64,000 nt of DNA from Eledone cirrhosa (taxonomy: Eukaryota): NCBI GenBank assembly GCA_964016885.1, contig OZ024745.1, positions 111,910,001 to 111,974,000 on the forward strand, written 5' to 3'. Shown one piece after another: positions 1 to 12,719 of the stretch. Within the stretch, counting starts at the first letter, position 1; the number at the start of each line of letters is the position of its first letter. Below the pieces are notes generated by a model, which was not told the DNA's origin, ran no database searches, and saw nothing but the letters and a program-made list of their open reading frames with translations. A program made the position numbers and the translations under genes.

Positions 1-590
1 AGTGGTGGTTGTGGTGTTGTTGGTTTTGGTAGAGGTGGCGGTGCTGATCTTGATGTTGTTGTTGTTATTGGTAGTGGTGGTGGTGGTGGTTATTGTTGTT
101 TGTGGTGGTGGCAGCTGTGGTGGTTGTGGTGTTGTTGTTCTTGGAGATGGTGGCAGTGATGGTTGCGGTGTTGTTGCTTTTCGTGGTGATGGCAGTGGAG
201 GTGATCTTGGTGTTGTTGTTGTTGTTGTTTTTAGTGGTGGCAGCGTTTGTGGTGATCTTGATGTTGTTGTTATTCTGGTTATGCCATCCCTACCAATTAC
301 TAATGCTTCCTCTGTTATTACCTTCACCTCTGCCTACATGCTGATTCTCCTCATTGAGTATTATCCTGAACACCACCACGACCACAACTACAACTACCAA
401 CACCATCAACACCACCACCACCATCAACACCACCACCACCATCACTGTGATTACACCATTATTACCATTGTTATCAAACCACTATCCTATTGGCATCAAT
501 ACTATCATCACTATCATTGTTATCAACATGATCACCAGCACCAGCACCAGCACCAGCACCAGCACCATATTATTATTATTATTATTCAAT
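1..590. repeat. Low-complexity trinucleotide region: (GGT/GTT)-rich followed by (CAC/CAT)-rich
   Basis: Degenerate GGT/GTT triplets at 1-280 and CAC/CAT/CAGCAC triplets at 370-590. The overlapping poly-V/H/T ORFs are artefacts. Confidence 0.9.
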
Positions 591-1084
591 GCCAAAGGGT
601 AATATGTGTCTGCATTGAATCTTGCGTGTTAGCTGTTAACGTTTGGAAAAGTGGTTTAGAGAATAATTATAGAGGAAATGTTGGCACAGACTCCAGACAG
701 ACAGACAAGACAACAAGTGGTAGCTGATAGTTCCAGCCTCTGCTATACAATGAAAACTTTTACTTTCTTTACAATAGGATCGAAACCTCTGGTGATATGC
801 TGTATTGTAGAAGACCCACCTTCCCATGTACACAGGATGAAGCAAATATCTAAAATCTAGAAGACGCTAGTCTGCACTAATCTCCGCTCCTCTTTGGCCC
901 ACACATCTTCCCACACCTTAGTACTCAGCCATCCCCAACCTGAATACTCTTTTTACCCCCCACATGATACACCTCTTGTCCAACCCATGCATGGAAAGCT
1001 GGACATGCTCCAAACCTGCTCTTCCACAATCCTCCCACTACAACAAAAACAACTGATATACCAATTGACAATGGTGTAGTTGAT

Positions 1085-1365
1085 AAGCTGCAAGTGTAGA
1101 ACTCTCTGAGCCATTCCTGGCATTTTGGCTTGTAGTCTATCAATAATTCTGGGGAGATGTTGTTGAGTCCCTAGGTCTTATTGCTCTTGAGTTGACCTTC
1201 AATAGCTCATCTTATGAAAAGGGAGTAGACAGAAATCCATCTGTAATTGTAGCTTGCTGCAAGTTGGTAGTTCTTGTCTCTATTCTTGAAATGGTCCCTT
1301 TGAAAAGTGTTGTTTGACAATAGAGTTAGCCGATATAGTACATGTTTATTTAGAACTGCTTCCAA
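1085..1365 (-). mobile_element. Decayed non-LTR retrotransposon (I/Jockey-like) ORF2 fragment just upstream of the RT domain
   Basis: Minus-strand translation across frameshifts gives TCTISANSIVKQ...DGFLSTPFS*DELLK..QLKSNKT*GLNNISPELLIDYKPKCQEWLREFY, matching the LINE 'KAPGPDxI..E' pre-RT motif. Confidence 0.7.
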
Positions 1366-1515
1366 CAGACATCTCGGCTTCCCCAACTGAATGTCAACCT
1401 CAATATGGGTCCTACTTGCAGACACTACCTCTCTCGGAACGAATGGGTGTGTAGCGAATCTAAGTAGAGTGGTTTGAACTTTTGTTCCCAAGTTAGCTAA
1501 ATAGGTAATTATGAT

Positions 1516-1733
1516 CACACACATGCTGGCCTTTTGGCTTCATAGGTATTTACTTTCTTTGTTTTAGGACTCATGTCACCAAATTGTCTAGAGGAATGGC
1601 TTTCTAGAGGCCGTATGCAGCTAAATAGATCCTTGTGATTACACACACGCTGGCTTTTTGGTCTCAGGTATTTACTTCCTTTGTTTTAGGACTCATGTCA
1701 CCAAATTGTCTACAGGAATGACTTTCTAGAGGC
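1516..1733. repeat. Direct tandem duplication (2 copies, about 120-bp period)
   Basis: aggtatttactt..tttgttttaggactcatgtcaccaaattgtcta..ggaatg.ctttctagaggc occurs at about 1544-1611 and 1666-1733. Confidence 0.9.
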
Positions 1734-1835
1734 TATCTGCAGATTGTCATAGGATAACAGCATCCTCATAAAATAGTCTGCCCTCGACTACTGTTCAAAT
1801 TAGTTCGCTTCAGTTCATTGAAGACATCAATGATG

Positions 1836-2415
1836 TAGTTGTCAATAGATTTACTCTGACCCATTCGGGGGTCTCAGCCTTTTAGACTGGCAAGCTATGA
1901 CAGTCATTCTATCAACAAGGTTAATAATATAAAAAATTTAGACTAGTACTAGAAACATTCACGCCAAACCATCACACGAACACTCATACAATTTTCCTGT
2001 AATTTTCCCTATATCATCAGAATAACTTTGAAGTAAGTTAATAATTAATAAAAGTATTGAAGTAGCGGCTCTTGATATTTGTTAATTCAATACTGGCTAT
2101 GGAAAACATATATCTTGACACACAACACAGTGCTTTGTATGGGAAAGAGCAACTTACAAGTCCACCCATCAAGCCAACGTTTTCTGCTAGAACTTCCTGC
2201 TATAACTACAATGAACCACTGACCAATTCATTCAACAACACAACATCAAATTAAAATCCTATTATATTTGGTGGACACAACGGTCACAAACAAATAAAAA
2301 ATTTCCACTTGCTACAGGTGTTCCTAAAGCGGCTACACACAGGTGTTACCTGGCCAATTCAATGCAGCCATGAACCACTGGGGGTTTTGGGGGTTTGCAT
2401 CCATCAGCAGCTTAC
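1836..2415. repeat. Old dispersed repeat, copy 1 (paralogue at about 9051-9502)
   Basis: Colinear shared blocks tagttgtcaat..., aataactttg.agtaagtta, aagtag.gg.tcttg and ttcaatgcagccat. Confidence 0.6.
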
Positions 2416-2494
2416 CCTTGAGCTGGTTACAACACTTGTGAGGTGGGGGGTGGGGCGGGGTATTGTATCACATAACTGCAGCTGTCTCATATGC

Positions 2495-2536
2495 AAGAAG
2501 AAGAAGAAGAAGAAGAAGAAGAAGAAGAAGAAGAAA
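2495..2536 (+). repeat. (GAA)n microsatellite
   Basis: Pure aag repeats. Confidence 0.95.
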
Positions 2537-2660
2537 AATTAACAATAGCCCCCCCCCCCCCTCTCTGGCTGTTTGTCTGTCTGCCTGTCTGTCTCTCTCT
2601 CTCCATGTGACCTTAAACCTATGTGAGAAACAAACAAACAAACATTATTATTACATCTTA

Positions 2661-3050
2661 GGGCGGTGGATTGGCAGTATCGGTAGAGGGTCGGACGCCA
2701 TGCTTTCCAGCATAGTTACGTCCCTTTACGATCTGAGTTCAAATCCCGCCGAGGTTAACTTTGCCTTTCATCCTTACGGGGTCGATAAAATAAAGTACCA
2801 GTAATGCACTGGGTAATTGCTGGCCTTGTGCCTAAAGTAGAAACAATTATTATTACATCTTTTGGGTTGGCAGTATCGGTAAAGGGTCGGACGCCATGCT
2901 TTGACACATAGAGTTACGTCCCTTGCCATTCTGAGTTCAAATCCCGCCGAGGTTAACTTTGCCTTTCATCCTCACGGGGTCGATGAAATAAAGTACCGGT
3001 AATGCACTGGGTAATTTGCTGGCCTTGTGCCAAAAGTAGAAACAATTTTT
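2661..3050 (+). mobile_element. Two head-to-tail copies of tRNA-derived SINE family A (Meta/MESC-like central domain, (ATT)n tail)
   Basis: A-box-like tggcagtatcggtag, B-box gagttcaaatcc, core ctttgcctttcatccttacggggtcgataaaataaagtaccag, tail gtagaaacaattatt. Copies at 2661-2852 and 2864-3050. Confidence 0.9.
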
Positions 3051-3213
3051 ATTACATCTTTTAAAGAATGATGGTGGTAACAATGTTTGTTCAATGTCAG
3101 TATATTTTATATTTTATATTTTATATCAGTGTTTCAATTTCATTTGTTTGTGCTAATGTGTGAAAAAGAAACAAATTTTAGTATTAATGTCTTTTATTCT
3201 GTTTTTGTTTATT

Positions 3214-3248
<35 letters not shown>

Positions 3249-3439
3249 TTTTTTTCGTTTTATTGTCTTCTACATGTCTGGTAAGAGTGCTGAGAGAAAT
3301 GGTGTTCAACGTCATAGCAGTCTCAACTTCACTTAACACATGTATTTTGTTTCAAATGCTTCCTCAATGTCATTCATTTCTTTATTAAACATTGCAGTCA
3401 TTAGTTTGGTGGGTGGCTTTTTTTAATTTTTTTTCTATT

Positions 3440-3935
3440 TGCCCCACACCCACCTCCTCCTCTGCCACCACACCCACCTCCTCCTCCTCCTCTGAAACCA
3501 CACCCACCTCTTCCTCTGTCACTGCATCCTCCTCCTCTTCTGCCACCACACCCTCCTCCTCCTCCTCTGCCACCACACCCACCTCCTCCTCCTCCTCTGA
3601 AACCACACCCACCTCCTCTGAAACCACACCCACCTCCTCTTCTGTCACTGCACCCACCTCCTCTACCACCACACCCACCTCCTCCTCACCCTCCTCCTCT
3701 GCCACCACACCCACCTCCTCCTCTACCACCGAACCCACCTCCTCTGCCACCACCCCCACCCCCTCCTCTGCCACCACCCCCACCCCCTCCTCTGCCACCA
3801 CCCCCACCCCCTCCTCTGCCACCACCCCCACCCCCTCCTCTGCCACCACACCCACCCCCTCCTCTGCCACCACACCCACCACCTCCTCCTCTGCCACCAT
3901 ACTCACCTTATCTGCCACCTCTCACCACCACCTCT
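3440..3935. repeat. C-rich minisatellite (about 24-bp unit cctcctctgccaccacccccaccc)
   Basis: Tandem degenerate units. The S/T/P and E/V/G ORFs here are repeat-derived. Confidence 0.9.
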
Positions 3936-4015
3936 TATAAACTCTTTCATCATTGTTATTATCCTCCTCTCATCATTATCCTTCCATTATCATCATCATC
4001 ATCATCAACACTATC

Positions 4016-4207
4016 AATAATTATTTCTACCTTTAGGCACAAGGCCAGCAATTACCCAGTGCATTACTGGTACTTTATTTTATCGACCCCCGTAAGGATG
4101 AAAGGCAAAGTCAACCTCGGCGGGATTTGAACTCAGATTGTAAAGGGACGTAACTATGCTGTAAAGCATGGCGTCCGACCCTCTACCGGTACTGCCAACT
4201 CACCACC
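4016..4207 (-). mobile_element. SINE family A
   Basis: Reverse complement of the 2661-2852 copy. Confidence 0.9.
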
Positions 4208-4320
4208 AATTCAACACTAGCAATAATACTACCATTTCTACTACTGTTGCTGCTGCTGTTCCTGTTTTTACTGCTACTGCTGCTGCTTTCAGTTTTTATT
4301 GTTATAATTGTTTCTTAAAC

Positions 4321-4351
<31 letters not shown>

Positions 4352-4471
4352 ACTTTCTTTGAGATGCTGCAGGGAAATGGTGTCAATGACGAGGTCTTAG
4401 CTGTACAAAGAAACATTTTTGACACTTTACAGCATATAGTGTTATTTGTAAAATATAGCAGAAGTGAATAT

Positions 4472-4541
<70 letters not shown>

Positions 4542-4544
4542 CAT

Positions 4545-4854
4545 TTCATTCATTTCATTTTACGTCCGCTTTTCCCTGCTTGCAAGGGTAGGACGGGAAC
4601 TGATTCTGGCTTGATTTCTACAGCTGGATGCCCTTCCTAACACCAACCTCGTTTACAGTGAGTGCTGGGTGCCTTTTTTGCCGTGGCACCTCCACGACCA
4701 CTTTGCAGTGGTATCTCATTTCTACAGCTGAGTAAACTGGAGCAATGTGAAATAAAGTGTCTTGCTCAAGGAAACAACACATCACCCGGTCTGAGAATTG
4801 AACTCACAACCTTTCGATTGCAACCCCAATGCTCTAACAACTAAGCCATGTGCC
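4545..4854 (-). mobile_element. tRNA-derived CORE-type SINE family B with RTE-derived 3' tail
   Basis: Minus strand: head ggcacatggcttagttg...gagttcaattc, CORE-like ccttgagcaagacactttatttcacattgctccagtttactcagctgtagaaatgag, tail cccttgcaagcagggaaaagcggacgtaaaatg. Confidence 0.85.
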
Positions 4855-4863
4855 TATATATAT

Positions 4864-5001
4864 ATAGGAACGAGTAGGACCCCGACGGCTGAGCTCAAGC
4901 CGTCGGGGTCCTACTCGTTCCTATTACCCACTCTACTACCCTAAGTATTGAGTACTTTGGTGCGTTATGGTCCACCTGGTTCCTTACCACATTTCCTTGC
5001 T

Positions 5002-5002
<1 letters not shown>
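4864..5002. mobile_element. Hairpin-headed short element in (TA)n, copy 1
   Basis: Near-perfect 61-bp palindrome at 4864-4924 plus an approximately 80-bp tail. A nearly identical copy lies at 54015-54153. Confidence 0.85.
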
Positions 5003-5035
<33 letters not shown>

Positions 5036-5252
5036 CGTGTGTGTGTGTGCGTGTGTGTGTGTGCGTGTGTGTGTGAATGTGTATATATATGTGTGCATGT
5101 ATGTATACATGTATGCATGTGTGTGAAGGTGTATACATAAGTGTGTCTGTGTGTAGTGTATATATATATATGTGTATGTGTGTGTGTATATGTGTGTGTG
5201 TATGTGTGTATGTGTGTATATCTGTGTGTGTGTGTGTATGTGAGTGAACATA

Positions 5253-5284
<32 letters not shown>

Positions 5285-5308
5285 ATATCTGTGTGTGTGT
5301 GAGTGAAC

Positions 5309-5369
<61 letters not shown>

Positions 5370-5471
5370 ATGTGTGTGTGTGAATGTGTATATATGTGTG
5401 TATGTATGTATGCATGTATGCATGTATGCATGTGTGTGAAGGTGTATACATAAGTCTGTCTGTGTGTAGTG

Positions 5472-5502
<31 letters not shown>

Positions 5503-5620
5503 ATGTGTGTATGTGTGTATATATGTATGTGTGTGTGTATGTGTGTATGTGTGTATATATGTATGTGTATGTGCGTGCATGTGTATATATGTATGTGTAT
5601 ATATATGTATGTGTGTGTGC
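5003..5620. repeat. Compound (TA)n/(TG)n microsatellite with an internal duplication of about 310-bp period
   Basis: gaaggtgtatacataagt.tgtctgtgtgtagtg occurs at about 5125 and 5438. Confidence 0.9.
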
Positions 5621-5749
5621 TTTCAGTAGCTATCTGTGAGTCTTCCATTATGTAATTGTTCCAGTTTCATCACAGTGTCTCCAATCAAGTCACTTGCCAA
5701 ACTAGTACAACTCCAGACATTTCTCATGTCAACCAAATCCACCCCTCCC

Positions 5750-6480
5750 CACCTTACCAAAACCACTATCACTACCACCACTAGCAACACTATCAACACT
5801 ACTAGCATCATCACTATCACAATCACCAGCACCACCATTACCACCACCACCTCAACCTCTACCTCTACCAACACCACCACCACCACCACCACCACCATCA
5901 CCACCACCACCAAAGCCACCACCACCACCACCAACACCACTCCCACCACCACCATCAAAGCCACCACCACCACCACCACCACCACCAACAACAACACCAC
6001 TCCCACTATCACCACTCCCACCACCACAACTACCACCACAACTACCACCACCACCACCACCACCACCACCTCAACCACCACCTCAACCTCTACCAACACC
6101 GACCCCACTCCCACCACCACCATCACCACCACCACCACCACCACCACCACCACTCCCACTATCACCACTCCCACCACCACAACTACCACCAAAACCACCA
6201 CCACCACAACCACCACCACAACCACCACCTACACCACTCCCACTATCACCACTCCCACCACCACTCCCACCACCACAACTACCACCAAAACCACCACCAC
6301 CACAACCACCACCACAACCACCACCACAACCACCACCTACACCACTCCCACTATCACCACTCCCACCACCACTCCCACCACCACAACTACCACCGCCACC
6401 ACCATCACCACCACCACCACCACCACCACCACCACCACCACCACCACCACCACCACCACCACCACCACCAGTACTACAGT
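5750..6480. repeat. (ACC)n-based cryptic minisatellite
   Basis: Poly-Thr/poly-Val translation with recurrent actcccactatcacc motifs. Confidence 0.95.
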
Positions 6481-6584
6481 TACTATCATTTCCTTCACTT
6501 CATTATTTTGATATTACTGTAATCACCCTGACCTGACCTATGCTAGTTATAATGCTGCTGCTGCTGCTGCTTGATATTAAAGAA

Positions 6585-7140
6585 TGATGATGGTGATGGT
6601 GATGATGGTGATGGTAGTGGTGGTGGTGGTGATGGTGGTGGTGGTAGTGGTGATGATGATGGTGGTGATGGTGATGGTGGTGATGGTGATGATGATGGTG
6701 GTGATGGTGATGGTAGTGGTGGTGGTGGTGATGATGGTGGTGGTGGTGGTGGTGGTGATGGTGGTGGTGGTGATGGTAGTGGTGGTGAGGGTAATGATGG
6801 TGGTGGTGATGATGAGGGTGGTGATGGTGATGATGGTGGTGGTGATGATGAGGGTGGTGATGGTGATGGTGGTGATGGTGATGGTAGTGGTGGTGGTGAG
6901 GGTAATGATGGTGATGGTGATGATGGTGGTGGTGATGATGATGGTGGTGGTGGTGATGGTGATGGTAGTGGTGGTGGTGAGGGTAATGATGGTGGTGGTG
7001 ATGATGGTGGTGGTAGTGGTGATGGTGATGGTGGTGATGGTAGTGGTGGTGGTGATGGTAATGATGATGGTGGTGATGATGATGGTGGTGATGATGATGG
7101 TGATGGTGGTAGTGGTGATGGTGATGGTGGTGATGGTGAT
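6585..7140. repeat. (GGT/GAT)n cryptic minisatellite
   Basis: Tandem GGT/GAT triplets with recurrent gagggtaat. Confidence 0.95.
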
Positions 7141-7259
7141 ATGACAATCATCAAGAAGATAAAGATGATTATTCAGATGATGATAATAATAAAAATAATA
7201 ATAATGAGGATCATTATTATTGTAACTTTATGATTAATATCATAATCATAATTAGCACG

Positions 7260-7531
7260 AGGGTAGTAGTAGTAGTAGTAATGGTGGTGGTGGTGGTAGT
7301 ACTAGCAGTAGTAGTAGTAGTAGTAATAGCAGTAGTAGCAGTAGCAGCAGCAGTAGTAGTAGTGGTGGTAGTGGTGGTGATAGTACTAGCAGCAGTAATA
7401 GTAGAAGTAGTAGCAGCAGAAGTAGTAGTAACAGCAGTAGTAGTAGTAACAGCAGCAGTAGAAGTAATAGTAGTAGCAACAGCAGCAGTAGAACTAATAG
7501 TAGTAGCAGCAGTAGAAGTAGTAGTAATAAC

Positions 7532-7569
<38 letters not shown>

Positions 7570-7613
7570 CAACAGTAGTAGTAGTAATAGCAGTAGTAGT
7601 AGTAGCAACAGCA

Positions 7614-7661
<48 letters not shown>

Positions 7662-7940
7662 TAAGCAGCAGCAGCAACAACAGTAGTAGTAGTAGTAGCA
7701 ACAGTAGTAGTAGTAGTAGCAACAGTAGTAGTAGTAATAGCAGTAGTAATAGCAGTAGTAGTAGTAGCAATAGCAGTAGTAGTAGTAGCAACAACAGTAG
7801 AAGTAGTAGTAGCAGTAGTAGTAGTATAAGCAGCAGCAGCAACAACAGTAGTAGGAGTAGTAGCAACAGCAGCAGTAGAAGTAGTAGTAGCAGCAGCAGC
7901 AGCAGTAGTAAGAGTAGCAACAACAGTATTAGTAGAAGCA
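7260..7940. repeat. (AGT/GCA)n cryptic minisatellite
   Basis: Tandem gta/gca triplets. Confidence 0.95.
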
Positions 7941-8449
7941 TAATCCCTACTGACAAGACAAGCCAGCGATAAATGCTTCCTTTCTGTGTGCATGGGTGAA
8001 ATGAAACCTGTACAAACCAAGAAACATGTGAAAAAGCTAGGTCCTGTTGTCATCCTAACCCCAAAGTTGAGCTGTAGAGTTGGTAGGGAGGAGAATGATT
8101 CATATACTTGCACCTATTCCCTAACAATCATTCCCTGGGGCGCACAAGTCTTAACAATCAGTATGTGACATTCCAAAGTGAATCAGTAATTGTTGTTTCA
8201 CTCTAGGTCAGTCTCAACGGAGCAGCATAATTATGATCCAAAGTATTCGCCTGTGTTTTTGTGTAATCCTTTTTTCAGATGATGTGTAAGTGTGTGACGG
8301 TGCATGGTATGGGTTGGGTGTTCAGCTCACGATTGTAAAGACGTGAGTTCCATTCCCAGACCAGGCGGCACATGTCATTGAGCCATGTGTTTTATTTGCC
8401 ATTGCTCTAGTGGTTTCAGGATTTATCATCTCTTGCTATTGTATTACAG

Positions 8450-8639
8450 ATAATTGTTTCTACTTTAGGCACAAGGCCAGCAATTACCCAGTACATTACT
8501 GGTACTTTATTTTATTGACCCCGTAAGGATGAAAGGCAAAGTTAACCTCGGCGGGATTTGAACTCAGACTGTAAAGGGACGTAACTATGCTAGAAAACAT
8601 GGCGTCCAACCCTCTACCGATACTGCCAATTCACCGCCC
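8450..8639 (-). mobile_element. SINE family A
   Basis: Full-length reverse-complement copy. Confidence 0.9.
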
Positions 8640-9050
8640 AGATAATGCAAGCTCTTTTGAAATTAATGTGAAAATACATTTTAAACTTGCACTCCTAAGA
8701 ACAAGGGTAAAAACAGTTGAAAATATGAGAATGAGTACTCAGACATTGTTACCCTATTGATACATGTCAGGATGGTGTGTGTGTGGGGTGGGTGGGTGTG
8801 TGTGCTCTCTGGTGTGTAGAACCCCTAGACACAAGCCATCTTGTGGTCACAGTGGAGAGAATGGAGAAAGCATTGCCCTGGATATTCAGTTCCGTTGTTT
8901 AGGACTAGTGTTGCTTGGTTACCTGGAGAAATGGTCAACTAGAGGTCATCTGCAGATAAATGGGAGTTAGCTGTGGCTTCATAAAATTTAGCCTGTCCTC
9001 AACTTTATAGGTAGGCAGTCGATCAGTATATTTCAGCAAACAGCGCAATG

Positions 9051-9502
9051 TAGTTGTCAATCAGACATACACTTTGGCCCTCTCAATCAGCGGGCCGAGG
9101 CAGTTATACTGCCATTTGACTTTAACAAAGGTTAGTTCCATGCATCTTTTTGGACTATGTACACACTGATACACATCACACAACCCAACTGTGAATATCT
9201 GTTTTCCTAAACTATCACAATAACTTTGTAGCAAGTTATTAAAATGATTAAAGTAGTGGGTCTTGTTTATTGTTCATTCACTACATCATTTCACACAATA
9301 CTTTATATGGGACAGATCAACTTGCATGTTCACCCATTTAGCCAAGGTTTATTACTACAAAAATTTTTGTCACACCACAATGAACCATCTGATAAATTTC
9401 ATACCAACAATACAACTAACATTTAAATCTCATCTCGCTACATTGGCTGATTCAATGCAGCCATACACTGCACTGCTGGGGGCTGCGTATATCAGTAGCT
9501 TG
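9051..9502. repeat. Old dispersed repeat, copy 2 (paralogue of 1836-2415)
   Basis: Shared colinear blocks with copy 1. Confidence 0.6.
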
Positions 9503-9781
9503 CCAGTGTGGTTTGCCAGAGCAGATCCCACCCACCTGAGAATATGGATCTCACACACTCTAATCCGAGCATTGTGATTACAACATGAAGACAAGTCACA
9601 TTATTGCAGCTCCCTTATATACAAGAAGACCTAAGTGAGATTCAGACTAAAAATGTAAACGGGTGTAATGAAATACTACAACCATTTTGTTTGGTCATCT
9701 ATAAATTCTGCCAATTTGCCACTGTTCAATTTGCTAGAAATAGAAGCCAAATCTCTTGCATGTCACACTCTGTCTTTTTAA

Positions 9782-10188
9782 CCCTTTTGATACCACTTTG
9801 CCTTTCATCTATTCAAAGTCGTTAAAAAAAGTACTGGGGTCAATTCTTCCTCTGTATCTCTTTCTCACTTTCATTCTCTTACTCTCTATCCTTCTCTGGA
9901 AGAAATCTGCTGTATTCAGACCTGGAGAGTAGATGGGCTCCACCAAGTTTAAAAAATGTCTAAGAAATGACATATATTTATATGGCACCCCTACAAATCC
10001 CCCATGAGTTATGGGATCAAAGAAAAAAAAATAGTTACCAACCCGCCTAAAAACGTCTATTTAAATTAGAATCTTCAAACATAATTTCATATAAGAACCA
10101 TATAATGAAATAATTAAAAATCCCTCAAAATTCTTCGTTAAATAATTGAATTAGAGTGAATGTCATTAGAAATACTGTCACAAAAGGG
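9782..10188. mobile_element. piggyBac-like MITE with a nested SINE fragment
   Basis: TTAA|cccttttg...caaaaggg|TTAA termini. A SINE-A long-tail fragment lies at about 9795-10020. Confidence 0.7.
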
Positions 10189-11670
10189 TTAAAAACGGAG
10201 GGGTACATTGAATAATATAGTCCTCGATACTCTATCTGAAAAATGGCGGGATAGTCACTGCTGGAATGCTTCTGGTCATAGAGTTGCTTGACCAGAACTT
10301 ACTTGAGGTTAAACAACAACATGGTTTGCTTAGACATTGATTTTTTTTAAACAAAGGCTTAATGTATCTTCTTTATGTATGAGGGAAGAGAACATAATTG
10401 TATAAAGATACTACTAGTAAACATGTTATTTGTAAGGATAGCTCCAAAACATAAGATATTTATTTATTTAATCAATTTTATTGTTCGTATAGAGCTAGTA
10501 AGCCATGATTGACTAGGGGAAGTATCTAGTACTTCATGTAGTTGAGAAACAAAATAAAAGACAAGATATACAGAGATAAGTGAATATAAAAATAAAATGA
10601 AAAATAAATGAATAAAAATAAAAGATAATTATCTCTGTAAAGGTAGATGAAAAGAAAACTTGACTTAATATGATTTGAACTTAGAACAACAGCAAAGCAC
10701 CAAGTTAAATTACAATGAAACATCTAAGTTAACAATTGACTGATTGTACTACTGTCATTTTTTTTGTCATATTGGTTTCTTACATAGGCACAAGATGTTA
10801 AATATATCCATTACCATCCTGTAAGTACAGAGGTGACAGACAGGTAATGTTGGTGGGTGTGGTGTGGTGTGGAGAGTGGGAGGGTATGTTGTTGCATGTG
10901 TTGTGAAACAAAAACCAGTGGGGGGTGTTTTAGGATGGTGGCGGTGGTAGAGGTGGTGGTGGTGGTGGTGGTGGTGGTGGTGATAAAGAAATCAACTCAG
11001 ATTAATAAATCGTGACATTTGAGCATAATAACAGGTAAGAGCAAATATGAATATTTAACAACCATTATTCTGCCCCAATAACACTTCATTCATGACAGTC
11101 ATTCTGACTGATCACAACCTTAGTATCGATGATGATGATAGCATCAAAGAAAATAATAATGACTGTGATGGCCATGCTAATGATTGACTTCACCAATCCA
11201 CATCCATGTCAACAACATCATAACTCCTGAAGCACTGGCACTAGTTGGAACAGTAGCACCAACATTTACAATAATAAATTTTCTTTCTATAAGGAAATAA
11301 AAAAAGAAATAGTACCTTTCAATGATTGGAATAATAACTCAAAACAACAACAACAACAACAACAGCCGCAGCAGTGCCATCCTTGGCTGTAGTAACCACA
11401 ATAAATCAATATGAAATACAAATAAAAACAGCAAGTAATAGCATAGAATATTTGTAAATGAACAAAAATAAACATGATTTTGAAGTACAAGTTAATGCTG
11501 TTATTGTTATTTAACTCAGGTCAACCTTGTTTAAGCAGATCTCCATTTTTTTTCTCTTCAGGATATTGTATTTAGAATTATATTATTCAATGTCTCCTTC
11601 CTTTTTTTAAGACAGTAGAGTGTAATTTGAGGGAGATATCATTGCCATTTTTAGAGACACCTTTATTGGT

Positions 11671-12111
11671 AATAATTGTATTTACTTTTGGTATAAGGCC
11701 AACAATTTGAAGGGAAGGGGAAAGTCAATTAAATTGACCCTAGTGCATTACTGGTACTTTATTTTATCAACACCATAAAGATGAAAGGTGGGGATTTGAA
11801 CTCAGAAAGTAAAGGGCTGTAACTCTATGATGCAAAGCATGTTGTCCAACACTCTATTGAGACTGCCAATCTACTGCCCTTTTATTGGTAAGAATGGTTT
11901 CTGATTTAGGCACAAGGCCAACAATCTGGGGGGAGGGGAAAGTCGATTAAATTGACTCTAGTGCATTACTGGTATTTTATTTTATTGACCCCGTAAGGAT
12001 GAAAGGTAAAGCTAAACTTGGCGGGATTTGAACCCAGAACGCAAAGGGCCGTAACTCCATGCCACAAAGCATGTGGTCCGATGCTCTACAGATACTGCCA
12101 ATCCATTGCCC
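11671..12111 (-). mobile_element. Two tandem SINE family A copies
   Basis: Copies at 11671-11879 and 11892-12111. ctttattggtaa is present three times, flanking and separating them. Confidence 0.85.
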
Positions 12112-12264
12112 TTTTATTGGTAATAATATATATTAAACTGGCTATTGTTAGAGCATAATACAAAATGGCCCCTAGCATTTGTACCAGTTTGATGTATTTT
12201 AAGTTCCAATCCAGTTGTGATTAATTTTGCTTTCATCCTTTTTGGATTTATAAAGTAAGTACCA

Positions 12265-12562
12265 TGGTATGTATGGACTCATAACTTCTGGTGGTGTCAT
12301 AAGGGGTCTGTAGTGACACATAGCAGTTCATGGGCATTTTAAACCTAACAGAGCCCATCCCTCTCTTCAGCTCTGAACATAGTCAATTTCTTCCAAAGAA
12401 AGTGGGAAAGAGATATAGGGGAAAAATTGACCCAGTACCGAACTGGTATTTTTTTTTATCAACCTTGAAATGATGAAAGGCAGGATTTGAACTCAGAGAG
12501 CCAAAATGTATGCCATAAATCATTCTATCCAATATTTTATTGACTCTGACAATTCACCACCT
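12265..12562 (-). mobile_element. SINE A variant with an extended 3' tail (decayed)
   Basis: Homologous to 17786-18090, 9800-10020 and 32670-32830. Confidence 0.6.
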
Positions 12563-12719
12563 TATGTATTAACTACTGAGGTACAATGTAAAATAGCAGA
12601 AATATCTTCAATCAGTGAATCAATCAAAATCTATGACCTAGGGAGGTCACAGATGCACAGCAATAGATATAATCTTCCTTCATCTTTCCCTATCACTAGC
12701 CAACCATATGTTTTTCTAC

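Noticed and set aside
1985-2025. Minus-strand CTGATGA...GAAA
   Set aside because: Stems I-III do not form.
2-8113. Long ORFs (poly-V/T/H/G/L, up to about 300 aa) that resemble mucins or extensins
   Set aside because: They are open in several frames on both strands purely because the triplet repeats lack stops. There is no unique domain or splice evidence.
11177-11286. Possible minus-strand exon after the strong acceptor tttttatttccttatag (RKFIIVNVGATVPTS...)
   Set aside because: Short, no recognisable homology, and such acceptors arise by chance in AT-rich DNA.
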